Assembly (NCBI RefSeq): GCF_963921235.1
Contig: NC_086097.1
Span: forward strand, 236,408,001-236,472,000
From: Mobula hypostoma
Taxonomy: Eukaryota
Length of the DNA: 64,000 nt
Direction of reading: 5' to 3'
In this document: positions 52,101 through 63,858 of the stretch, in pieces
Layout of the letters: each line of letters starts with the position of its first letter
Numbering within the stretch: the stretch's first letter is position 1
The notes under the pieces: generated by a model
Database searches by the model: none
The model's input: only the letters and a program-made list of their open reading frames with translations
Told to the model about the DNA's origin: nothing
Position numbers and translations under genes: made by a program

Positions 52101-52463
52101 ATGACTTTTCCCACTGTATAGTCAGGGCGTTTTAGCAACATATATATCATTTGAGTCCTACAGTTGGTCAGTGTCGACCATGTGTCCCAGCTGTTTACAT
52201 GATATGCAAGCCAAGGTGTAAGCTTGCAGGGCAGTATGATATGGAGAGCAAGCTGTTGCCCATTCAGCAGGCTCTATCCCTCCACACAGCTGATGAATCT
52301 AAAGTAATGGCAGATACTGATACAACTCAAACCAGCAGCATTACAGCAGTCAATGTTGAACTCAATGTAGGACTACTTTAGGGACTTAACCTTCAGACTT
52401 TTCCCTCGAGATTTACTCCTGAAGCCTTCTCCACAAGTGGGTATATTTGCAAGGCAGAGGAGG

Positions 52464-52692
52464 TGTGGTAAACCATGTATATATGTTGTAACTGGGTTAA
52501 CTATCTGGACACACCCCTCTGCTGACTGCCTCTGTGGCTCCTCCCACAGAGTCCTGTATAAAGGTGTTCGCCTTGCCCCTCCTCCTCAGTTCGGGGGCAG
52601 ACACTCACCATAGAGGTCGTATTGTACAGCGAATAAAAGCTTTTTGGTATTTTACCTAACCTCAATCTTTTGGAGTTATTGAAGGTGCTTCA
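52464..52692 (+). repeat. 5' LTR (229 bp) of the Gypsy element
   Basis: TG...CA ends; TATAAA at ~52557; AATAAA at 52632-52637; homologous to solo LTR 797-1024. Confidence 0.93.
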
Positions 52693-52718
52693 ATTTTATT
52701 CACTGTACATTTTAAAGC

Positions 52719-55700
52719 ATGGAACACACACTGAGACCCGAGAAATTAGACCTCGATCAGCAAACACCTGAAGCTGGAAACGCTTTCGAACTTTGGCTGG
52801 CCTGCTTCGAACCATACCTAGAGGACATTAAAGTGAAGTGCAGAGTTCTACTCTCCAGGGTCAGTCCATGGGTCTATTCGCTGATCAGAGACCAGCCGAG
52901 CTACGATGGCGCGATGAGCACCCTCAAAAGACAATATCTGCGGCCGATAAACGCCGTCTATGCACGGCACCGATTAGCGAATCGACACCAGCGGCCTGGG
53001 GAATCGAGTGCCGAGTTTGTCCGGACACTACAGACGCTCGTACGGGCCTGCAATTGCCAGGAGCTGACAGCGGCGCAGCATGCAGAGCTCCTAGTGAGGG
53101 ACGCCTTCGTCATGGGAACCAGGTCTGTGTATGTGCGCCAGCGGGCTATTGGAAAAAGCCGATCTTACCTTAAGTTCGACGATCGAGCTGGCCGACATGC
53201 TGGAGGCAGCTCTGCATAACTCCAAGGCTCTCCAGGCACACGATCCCTCGATGGCCTCGTGGGCGCCGCAGACCCTGCAACCCGCCGGCGAATCGACCAC
53301 GGCTGCTGCCAGTCGCAAGTCCCCGCAAGCTGCCGGCGATTCGACCTCGGCTGCTGCCGGTCGTGAGTCCGCGAAGTGCTACCTCTGCGGACTGGAGAAG
53401 CACCCCTGGAAACGCTGCCCGGCCCGACAAGTTACCTGTTCCAGCTGCGGAAAGAAGGGCCACTTCGCGAAGGTCTGTAAGTCAAATTTGTGAGCGGGAT
53501 CGAGCAGCACCACGTGCGAAACATGGGGGTCGCCATCTTGCCTGCCACCATCTTCCCTGCACACTGCCACCACGTGCGAGACATGGGGGCCGCCATTTTG
53601 CCTGCCGTCATCTTCCCTGCACGCCACCACCACGTGCGAGACATGGGGGCGGCCATCTTGGTCAGCGCCACCTCCCACTGCTTACAACCAACGGGTGCTC
53701 ACGGGGCACCCCACCGCGCCGGACCAAGACAGCGACCCAACCCTGGCTTCCGTGACCCTCGATCAAAGTGCTCCCCACCAGCTCGTAAGGTCAATGATGG
53801 ACATCCTGGCTGAGGGGCGCAGGACAAGCTGCCTGTTTGACACAGGCAGCACGGAGAGTTTTATCCACCCGGCCACGGTGCAGCATTGCGGACTCATGAT
53901 ACGGCCTGTAAGTCAGAGGGTCACCATGGCTTCCCGGTCGCATACAACAGACATCCAGGGGGGTTGTGTAGCGACACTAGTGGTGCAGGGCACAGAATAT
54001 CGGGACTTTACATTACTGGTTATGCCTCAACTGTGTGCCCCTGTGCTATTGGGTCTCGACTTCCAGAGCCACCTGAAAAGCTTGACAATGAAGTGTGATG
54101 GGCCCCTCCCACCAATTACTGTCGTAAATCCCCTGTTTTGTAGGAATACGTCACATACCCCGCTACTGACCACACACACACACCGACCCGCGCATCCCAC
54201 CCAACATCATGCCAACTGCCACACTACCGACACCACTTGCGGCCTCTCCACCCTCAGGATCCCTCCCCCACTGCTGTTCGCCAACCTGACACCCGACTGT
54301 AAACCCGTGGCAACTAAAAGCAGGAGGTACAGCGCGGGGGACAGAGCTTTCATTAAGTCGGAGGTGCAGCGGCTGCTCAGGGAGGGGGTCATTGAGGCAA
54401 GCACAAGTCCTTGGAGGGCGCAGGTGGTGGTTGTTTGGAACAGGGAGAAGAATAGGATGATCGTGGACTATAGCCAGACCATCAATAGTTTCACGCAGCT
54501 CGCCGCGTACCCTCTACCCCGCATCGCGGATATGGTCAATTAGATAGCGCAGTACAAGGTGTACTCGACCATAGACCTAAAATCCGCTTACCATCAGCTC
54601 CTCATCCACCGGGAGGACTGCCCTTACACTGCCTTCGAGGCGGACGGCAGGCTTTATCAATTCCTGCGCGTCCCCTTTGGTGTCACGAATGGTGTATCTG
54701 TCTTCCAGAGGGTGATGGACCAGATAGTGGACCAGTGCCAACTGAAGGCCACGTTCCCTAATCTGGATAACATCACCATCCGCGGTCACGACCGGCAGGA
54801 TCACGACAACAACCTCCAAAATTTTCTGCAAGCTGCCAAATCTTTCAACCTCACCTATATCAAGGACAAGTGTGTATTCGGGATCACCCGACTTGCTATC
54901 CTTGGGTGTTGTGAAGAATGGAGTCTTTGGCCCTGACCCCGACCGTATGCGCCCCCCGCTGGAACTCCCTCTTCCCAACACCCTCAGAGCCCTCAAAAGG
55001 TGCCTGGGCTTCTTTTCATATTACGCCCAATGGGTCTCTAACTGTGCAGACAAGGCCCGCCCCCTGGTCAAGTCCACCACATTCCCCCTCTCTGCCGAGA
55101 CCCGCGCGACCTTCAGCCGCATAAAAGGGGACATTGCCAAAGCAGCAATGCATGCGGTGGATGAGGCCATTCCCTTCCAAGTAGAGAGTGACGCCTCCGA
55201 CTTTGCACTGGCTGCTACCCTCAACCAGGCCGGAAGACCAGTGGCGTTCTTCTCCCATACACTTCAAGGCCCTGAACTTCAGCACACCGCAGTGGAGAAA
55301 GAGGCCCAGGCCATAGTGGAAGCTATTAGGCACTGGAGGCACTATCTCACCGGCAAAAGGTTCACCTTGCTAACTGACCAGCGCTCAGTCGCATTCATGT
55401 TTAATAACCAACGGCGGGGCAAAATCAAAAACGATAAAATTCTGAGGTTTAGAATCAAACTGTCCACCTACAACTATGACATCGTGTACTGGTCTGGGAA
55501 GCTCAACGAGCCCTCTGATGCCCTATCCCGGGGAACGTGCGCCGGAGCGCAGATCAACCGGCTATAAGCCTTACATGTAGATCTTTGCCACCCGGGGGTC
55601 ACCCAGCTTTTCCACTTCGTGAAAGCCCGGAACCTGCCTTACTCCCTTGAGGAAATCAGGACGATGACCAGGGACTGCCAAGTCTGCACAGAGTGCAAAC

Positions 55701-55740
55701 CGCACTTCTACCGACCCGAAAACGCACAACTCATCAAGGC
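52719..55740 (+). pseudogene. Disrupted Gypsy gag-pol (two CCHC knuckles, aspartic protease, RT, RNase H, integrase zinc finger)
   Basis: CYLCGLEKHPWKRC and CSSCGKKGHFAKVC; LFDTGS; SPWRAQVVVV, IDLKSAYHQ, PFGVTNG; ESDASDFALAATL, EKEAQAIVEA, TDQRS; CQVC; several stops and frameshifts. Confidence 0.93.
53508..53660 (+). repeat. 60-bp tandem repeat (about 2.5 copies) between gag and protease
   Basis: CACCACGTGCGA recurs at 53508, 53568 and 53628; in frame, encoding TTCETWG.P.CLP.SSLH.. units. Confidence 0.92.
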
Positions 55741-57327
55741 GGTCGCTTTAATCTCCTCTAAGTACGCTTCGAAGCAAGCCTGCCAGAGTTTGAAAGTGTT
55801 TCCAGCTTCAGGTGTTTGCGGATCAAGATCTAATTTGTCGGGTCTCAGTGTATGTTCCATGCTTTAAAATGTACAGCGAATAAAATTGAAGCACCTTCAA
55901 TAACTCCAAAAGACTGAGGTTAGGTAAAATACCAAAAGGCTTTTGGAGTTATTGAAGGTGCTTCAGGAGGTTTGAGATCAGAGTTTTCCTTCTCCAAGGC
56001 TGATGAGCCCCAGCTGCCTGTAGAAACAGTTCCAATGGGCTTAGTAGCTAAGACACATGTGAAGACCAGGAGCTCGACTTGGTTGTCAGAGACTATTTGA
56101 GATGGACGCCATTGGGACTATTTAATAAGTAGTGGGATCTTATCCCGCTACCAGCCCCGGCTATAACAACCATAAGGAATCTCAGCAACATATATTCCTT
56201 TTCTGTTGAATGCCAATTTACTCTTGCCAGGATAAGCTTCAGCTCTGAAATGTAGAAAGATCAAGTAAAGCAAGGGAATTATCCCCAGTGACTTTGCAGA
56301 TATTTGTTCACTTATCTAACAGTAGGAGCTAAAGCAAATTTGCTAGTCATCAGTGTTTGTAAAAAAAAATGTACTGTACCCAAATTACCTGCTTTCTTTA
56401 GCCTACCAAAGTGATTGTACTTGCAAAAGGATCTCAGTGGCTGTAAAGTGGTTAAGTTGTGAGAAGTGATACATAAATGTAAACCTTTTGTTAAGGACTC
56501 AGAGTTTCTAGTAATGATGACAGTAAGTTTTCTTTCCTGAAGTTTGTATGTTAATAAAATCTTTATTTCCAGGTTTTCTACATGTTTGAGATTCACAGTT
56601 AATTCCCGAGAACTGCAGTAGTATGAATTCGTAACTCTGGATCAACAGTTACTTAGTGTTTAATATCACTATGCCACCATGTCACGTTGAACTGCAGGTG
56701 CATTTTTGTATTAAGCTGAAGCCAACATAGAATTGACAGCCTGACTTTGAACTTATCCCTATTGTGTGTTTGAAGACATTTCACTATTATCAAAGAGCAG
56801 TGCTGTGGCACTGTGCGACCTCATCCTGGCCAGGTTCTCTGTAGCTGCAAACAGTTGAATGCCAGTTTATGACTCTGACTAGGAGATCATTTCCAAATGC
56901 CTGACACTACTCTTGTTTGAAACAGCAATATAGCCAGCAGCACGAAGTTAATAAATAAATTTCTGGTGCATCGTGGAAAGTGAATAAATGATTAGATTAG
57001 AGCTGGTGATCCCAAGGGTAATTACATCCTCTTTCTGCAGTTTTGCTTCAAAGTAAATTTATTATCCAAGTAATGCATACGTCACCATATATTACCTCGA
57101 GATTCATTTTCTTGCAGGCATTCACAGTAGAACATAAAAATACAATACAATCAATTAAAACTGCATACAAACACTGACTAAGAGCCAATGTTCAAAAGAC
57201 AGACAGACAGGTGGAGACTTTGAAAGTGACTCCATGGGGTGTGGAATCAGTTCAGTGTTGAGGCGAGTGACGTTAACCACTCTGGTTCAGGAACCGGCTG
57301 GCTGAACAATAATAACTTTTCCTGAAA

Positions 57328-57897
57328 GAGTCGCGATGTAATGATGCAGCTCTATAAAACTCTGGTTAGGCCACACTTGGAGTACTGTGTCCAGTTCTGG
57401 TCACCTCACTATAAGGAAGGATGTGGAAGCATTGGAAAGGGTCCAGAGGAGATTTACCAGGATGCTGCCTGGTTTAGAAAGTATGCATTATGATCAGAGA
57501 TTAAGGGAGCTAGTGTTTTACTCTTTGGAGAGAAGGAGGATGAGAGGAGACATGATAGAGGTGTACAAGATAATAAGAGGAATAGATGGAATGGATAGCC
57601 AGTGCCTCTTCCCCAGTGCACCACTGCTCAATACAAGAGGACATGGCTTTAAGGTAAGGGGTGGGAAGTTCAAGGGGGATATTAGAGGAAGATTTTTTAC
57701 TCAGAGAGTGGTTGGTGCGTGGAATGCACTGCCTGAGTCAGTGGTGGAGGCAGATACACTAGTGAAATTTAAGAGACTACTAGACAAGTATATGGAGGAA
57801 TCTAAGGTGGGGGCTTATATGGGAGGCAGGGTTTGAGGGTCGGCACAACATTGTGGGCCGAAGGGCCTGTACTGTGCTGTACTATTCTATGTTCTAT
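57328..57897 (+). mobile_element. Young CR1 3' fragment
   Basis: ORF 57387..57836 is nearly identical to ORF 47513..48085; (TTCTATG)n tail. Confidence 0.93.
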
Positions 57898-59777
57898 GAA
57901 CCTGGTGCTCTGGGTTCTGGGGCTCTTGTACCTCCATGCCAATGGCAGCAGCAAGAAGTGAGCATGGCCTGGAGAGTGGGGTGCCTTGAAGACGGATGCT
58001 GCTTTCTTGAGGCAAAGCTACCTTGTAAATGTTCTTAATGGTGCAGAGGGCTTTGCCTGTGATCCAACAGTTTTTGTAGACTTTTCCAATCTGGGCAATG
58101 GCGTTTCCATACCAAGCTGTGAGCAGGTGACATTGCTATTTGTTGGGATGTGTGTTCAGGTAGAAGATGGTGAACAGTACTAAGGTTAAGATGAGGAAGA
58201 ATTGAAATTTATTTATTTAGAAATACAGCACAAAATAAGTCCTTCCAGCCATTCAAAACATGCCGCCCAGCAACTTCTGACATCTCTAATTTAAACATTG
58301 GCCTAATCACAGGACAAGTTACAATGACCAATTAACCGACTATCCAGGATGTGTTTTGACTGTGGAAGCAAACCAAAGTAGCCGAAGAAAACACACATAT
58401 TCCATGGGGAGGATATACAAACACCTTAATGAGAAAGCTGGGATTAAACTCCGATGTCCCAAGCTGTAGATGTTGTGCTAACCTCTACGATACTGCGGTG
58501 ACCCAGTTTCTGTACGTCCAGATAACAGCAGAGCTGCAAAAAAAAGCTGGAACTTAAAGGAGCGAGTGTAGGCAGCTACGAAGTTGGAACATAAGAAGAC
58601 ACGGCTGCAACTTTGACCATGGGCTGCTGAAATCACATTTGAAGCCCACACATTTCAGTCAGCCCACTCTAAATGGAATTACAGGCTTACATAGGCAATA
58701 TTCCCACTACTTCATTTCAACAAGCAAATTATTATACACCCACGGCAGATTTATAAATTTTAAATCAAAGACATTATGGTATAACTCTTATTTGTGATTC
58801 TGACACTGTAATCACTGCAATGATTTGTCTTATAAATTGTTATTCAGGACTATTTTTATCAGTAAGAAAACTAAAATGTAACTACTTTTCGATTTAGCAA
58901 CTTTCAGCCCTTTAAACCAGATGTTGCTTCGTGATAGTTGAAAGTTCAAAGTAAATTTATTATTGAAGTACTTATATTACCATATACAACCCTGAGATTT
59001 ATTTTCTTGAGGGCATACTCAGTAATCAATGAAAGACCTCACCAACTCGGGCATTCAAGCAGAGCGCAGAACAGAACAGATACAAAAAGAAATAACAATA
59101 ATAAATAAATAATATATATTATTTATTACCTATTTTCAACTATTTATTGTTACTTGCATTTTAGCTTTCTTGATCGAACAAGTATCCAGCTTGTACAGAA
59201 AAAAAACCTGTTACACTTAATTCAAAATCAAGAAACTCAGAAGTAGTAACAAAACAGTCATGGAAGAGTAATTATATTAATAGTTAAGAATTAAGCTGTG
59301 GACTAGAAAGAACCACAATTTGGATAACTTCAAGTGTTTGTTGGAATACAGCTGGAATTTAATTAATTCAAACAATATGAGGTGCCCTTCAGAAATTTGT
59401 TTCAAATCTTCAACATGCATGTCATATTTAAGCTTGTTAGGTGCCTGGTACTTGCACATGCACATAATGTTGGCATATTCTGTGTTAACCATGAGCTTGA
59501 ATATCAAACTTCTGCTCCTATCTGTCTTATGGTCTAAAGCAAAATGTGGCAGATGCTGAAAATCTGACCTGAAAACAGAAGATACGGGGGAAAAGCTCAG
59601 CAGGTCAGATAGCATCTGTGGAGAGAGAAACAGTGCCAGTTAATTCAGATCTGGAATTCTTCATAGAGACTGAATTTGCTTAGCATTTTCTGTTTTAATT
59701 AAAAACTTGGTTTGTTTTTGGTTAGGTAAAGGGACCCCAACCTTACTTATGCTACTGCTGCAGGATTTGTGATATCA

Positions 59778-60260
59778 TAAGACCATAAAACATAGGAGCA
59801 GATTAGGTCAATGGAGTCTGCTCCACCATTTCATTACTGCTGATCCATTTCCCTCTCAACCCCAGTCTCTTGCATTCTACCCATAATCTTCTACACCCTG
59901 ACTAATCAAGTACCTATCAACCTCTGCCATAAATGCAGCCAATGACAGCTACACGTGGCAACAAATTCCACAGATTCATCACCCACTGGCTAAAAAATTC
60001 CTCATCTCTATTCTAAATAGACATCTGTCTTTTCTGAGGTTGTGCCCTCTGGATCTCGGCTGCCCCACTATAGAAAACATCCTCTCCATATCCACTCTAT
60101 CCAGTCCTTTCCACATTTAATAGGTTTCAATGAGATCTCCCCTCATTCTTCGAAATTCCAGCGAGTACAGGCCCAGAGACATCAAACCCTCCTCATATGA
60201 TAAGACTTTCATTCCTGGAATCATTTTCATGAACTTCCTTACATTGAACACTCTCCAATG
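59778..60260 (-). mobile_element. Old CR1 3' fragment
   Basis: CATAAGACCATAA tail and a degenerate ORF2 end. Confidence 0.75.
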
Positions 60261-60919
60261 TAATTAGACCCAATTCAATCCTGACCTGAATCTTCCCTGA
60301 ATCGGGATTTGATTTCTTTCAGTGTCTGATAGGGATTTTGTACACTTTCTGCATTATCGTGTGGGTCTCCTCCAGGTGCTCCAGTTTCCTCCCACATTCT
60401 AAAGTCATACAATTAGAGTTAGGTTTAGGGAGTTTTGAGTGTGGAAGTGCAGTGACACTTGAGGTCATCTCCAGCGGAGTCGCGGAACTCTATGGGTTAT
60501 TGACACAAATGATGCACTTCATTGCACGCTTTAATGTATGAATAAAATTAACTCTTAATCTGTCCACACATGGGGTTTCTCCATGTAGTCCAGTTTTCCT
60601 CCATATCTCAAAGACAGTAGAACAGGAAATGGTTTAGAATATGGTGGCAATAGATGAGAATATGAGAAATTAAATACGACGTTAACATAAATGAGTGTTT
60701 GATAGCCAACACAAATTTAGGGCTTGTTTCTACGCTGCATTTCCCTGAGTATGAAAAGCGACTGTTTGACAAGGTTGATAAGACAACACCTCTTCCATCA
60801 GGCACAGCAACATGAAGTGTGAGGGTAATACCGTACGGTGTCAGTAGGCAAACTGAGCACCCCATCCAGCATCATTCTGCTTGCCCTTGTAACGACACAG
60901 AGGGAAATTCTCCACACCG

Positions 60920-62930
60920 GATCATTTACCGAAAACAAAACAAAATATGCTTCTGAAATGATATTGTTGCATCTGTCTCAACCACGACCTCCTGCAGATC
61001 ACTCCATACACTCCCCACACTTTGCACCCTGGTGTCCCATACAAATTATCTTGCCTCACCCTAAATCTATGCCCTCTAGTTTTGGACTCCACTGTTCTGT
61101 GGGGAAAGAATTCACCAATAACCTCATCTATACCTCTCAGAATTTTAAACATTTCTATAAAGGTGCCTGTCATTCTCCTACATTCCAGCATGTCAAGACA
61201 AAGTCCAGCCATTTTCCCGCTATATCTCATAATGTGTAGGCAACATCCCTTGTAAACCTTTTCTGTATGCTTTCCAGTTTAGCTCAGTCTTTCCAATGAC
61301 AGGATGACAAAACTCCACATGGTACTCCAAGCCCAGCCTCACCAACAACTTGCACAAGTGCAACATAGTGTCCCAACTCCTATACTCATTGCCTGGACTG
61401 ATAAAGGCCAGCATGCTAAAAGCCTTTTACACCACCCTGTCTACCTGTGACATGGCTTTCAATGAACTGTACTCTTCTACTCTCAAGTTTTTTGTTCCAC
61501 TACACTCCCTAGAACACCACCATTCACGGTACATATTCTACAATAGTTTTACCTTTAGAAGTGCACCTCACACATATTTGTATTGAAATCCATTTGCCAC
61601 TCCTGCACCCACTTTCTTAGCTGTTTTGGACACCCCCTAAGTAATCAATGATAGCCGACTTCACTATCAACAACACCTCCCAATTCTGAGTTATCCACAA
61701 ACTTGCTGATAAAGTCTTGTGCATTTGTATCCAAATCACTTACATAACTGACTAATTTCAAGGTTCCTATCACTAAACCCTGTGGCACATCACTAATCAC
61801 CAGCCTCCATTCTGAAAAACAACCTTCAGCCACCACCCTCTGCTTCCTACCACTGAGCCAACATTGAATCCACCAACTTGCTCTTCTTGGATTCCATCGG
61901 ACTTAACCTTCCAGACCAGGCAACTACATAGGATCTTCTTAAAGGCCTTGCATGTGTCCAAATAGGTAACATCTACTGCCCTACCCTCACCTCGTCTTTT
62001 AGTTACCTCTTTAAAAAAATATATAAAAGTTTGATCAAGCATGATCCATCATCAGGGACCTCACCACCCAGGACATGCCCTGATATCACTGCTGCCATCA
62101 GGAAGATGGAACAAGAACCTCAGGACTCACACCACCAGGTTCAGGAACAGTTATTACCCTTCAATCATCAGGCTCTTGGACAAAAGGGAATTACTTCACT
62201 CAGACACAAGGAAATCTGCAGATGTTGGAAATTCAAGCAACACACATCAAAGTTGCTGGTGAACGCAGCAGGCCAGGCAGCATCTCTAGGAAGAGGTACA
62301 GTCGATGTTTCGGGCTGAGACCCTTCATCAGGTAACCCTGACTGTACCTCTTCCTAGAGATGCTGCCTGGCCTGCTGCGTTCACCAGCAACTTTGATGTG
62401 TGTTACTTCACTCAACTTCACTTGCCCCATCATTGAAATGTTCCCACACCAATAGACTTTTCAGGGACTCCTTATCTCATGTTCTCAATATTTATTTCTT
62501 ATTTATTTATTATTATTTTCTTTTTGTATTAGCACAGTTTATTGTCTTTGGCACACTGGTTGAAGCCCAAGATGGTGTGGTCTTTCATTAATTAATTCTG
62601 TTATGGATTTATAAAGTATGCCAACAAGAAAATTAAATTAATCCCGGAGTTTTACCTGTTGATTGATATATACATATACATACACACTGTGATAATTAAT
62701 TTATGTTGAACTTTGATTTTTCCATGCACAAAATCATACAGATTCCTCCTAATCAGACTTTGTCTATCTAAATAGAATTCCCTCAGAATTCCCTCCCGTA
62801 ACTTCCCCACTGCAGATGTAAAACAGACCAGCCTATAGTCCCCTGGCTTGTTCTTGCTGCCCTTCTGAAACAACTCAACGACATTATTCATTTTCAGGTC
62901 TTCAGAAGCCTCACCATTGGATAATGATGA
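60920..62930 (-). mobile_element. Very old CR1 RT remnant, interrupted by a Rex-like tail and a Penelope hairpin (~62040-62700)
   Basis: ORFs 60922..61230, 61220..61414, 61645..61836, 61797..62042 and 62652..63023 carry degenerate CR1 RT motifs. Confidence 0.72.
62239..62404. repeat. Perfect 65-bp inverted repeat (Penelope pseudo-LTR-derived) enclosing a 36-nt loop with a hammerhead core
   Basis: 62239-62303 is the exact reverse complement of 62340-62404; the loop on the minus strand includes CCTGATGAAGGGTCTCAGCCCGAAACATC. Confidence 0.93.
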
Positions 62931-63409
62931 AGAAGAGCACTGCACCAAATTAGAAAGGTCAAGCACGGGCTGAATCGAGATGGTGTATCTTGGGCCAAAG
63001 AGGTTTTGATACAGCAGGGCCATGATCAGCGAGTGAGGAATGTCTGGTTAATTTAAGCGCTGGGCCAGATTGAAAAGATCGGGGTGTCAGGGCCGGAGAC
63101 AACACACATTCTAAAGTCATGCAGTTCAGGTTAGATTTAGTGAGTTTTGAGCATGTTACATTGGCCCTAGAAGCACAGTAATACTTGAGGTTGCCCCCAG
63201 CCAAGTCCTTGGACTGTGTGGATTATTGACACAAATGACGCTTTCACTCTAGGCTTTAATGTACAAATACAGTTAATCTTTAATCTGTGACCACATGGGT
63301 TTCCTCTGGATGGTCCAGTTTTCATCCACATCCCAAAGACATTGGAATTGGAATTGTTATAGAACCTGGTGGCATTAGTGGTCAGCTTGCTGCTCTGCAA
63401 GGTTTATTT

Positions 63410-63858
63410 GCAGACATCCCACTCTACAAAAACTCATTTCAGAGAGGTAGCACCATCAATTTGTGGGGGCTCCTGGGAGAGGTGGGATGTCTGCAATAGA
63501 GTAGCTCCTTAGCAGCTAACCAGCTAGTTTAAATAACGTTAGCTATGCTAATGAACAAATGACACCTGTTAAACTCACCTCAACATGTCTTTTACAGTCA
63601 TCTGGGCAATAGAAGAGTCACTATTGCAAACAGTGCAGCGAGCAGCACTCATTATTTTTGACCCCTATTAGGCAGGGGTACACTTTAGGGTAGTCTGGGG
63701 TGATGTACATTTTATATTTTCTTTTTTTGGAACTCTCTCTCGCACACTCTCTCTCGTGGTCTCTCTCGCACTCACTTTCTCTCTCAAAAAAATTGATTTC
63801 CGGGACATTTTATATAATTTGCGGGCATCAGAGAGCCGCTATTAATATGCGGGAGACT
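63410..63858. mobile_element. Probable MITE or non-autonomous DNA transposon, right end truncated
   Basis: GCAGACATCCCAC (63410-63422) is inverted at ~63482-63494; a related subterminal motif (AAT.TG.GGG.G.CTC) recurs at ~63448 and ~63845. Confidence 0.45.

Larger units (their letters stand above)
52464..55965 (+). mobile_element. Ty3/Gypsy LTR retrotransposon, integrase-truncated, with a rearranged 3' end
   Basis: 5' LTR, gag, PR, RT, RNase H and integrase zinc-finger start, in Gypsy order; ends with the terminal 26 nt of U5; 5-bp TSD GGAGG at 52459-52463 and 55966-55970. Confidence 0.95.

Noticed and set aside
52719..53493. Domesticated gag gene
   Set aside because: Frameshift at ~53140, retained LTR and TSD, and a decayed pol indicate an ordinary dead insertion
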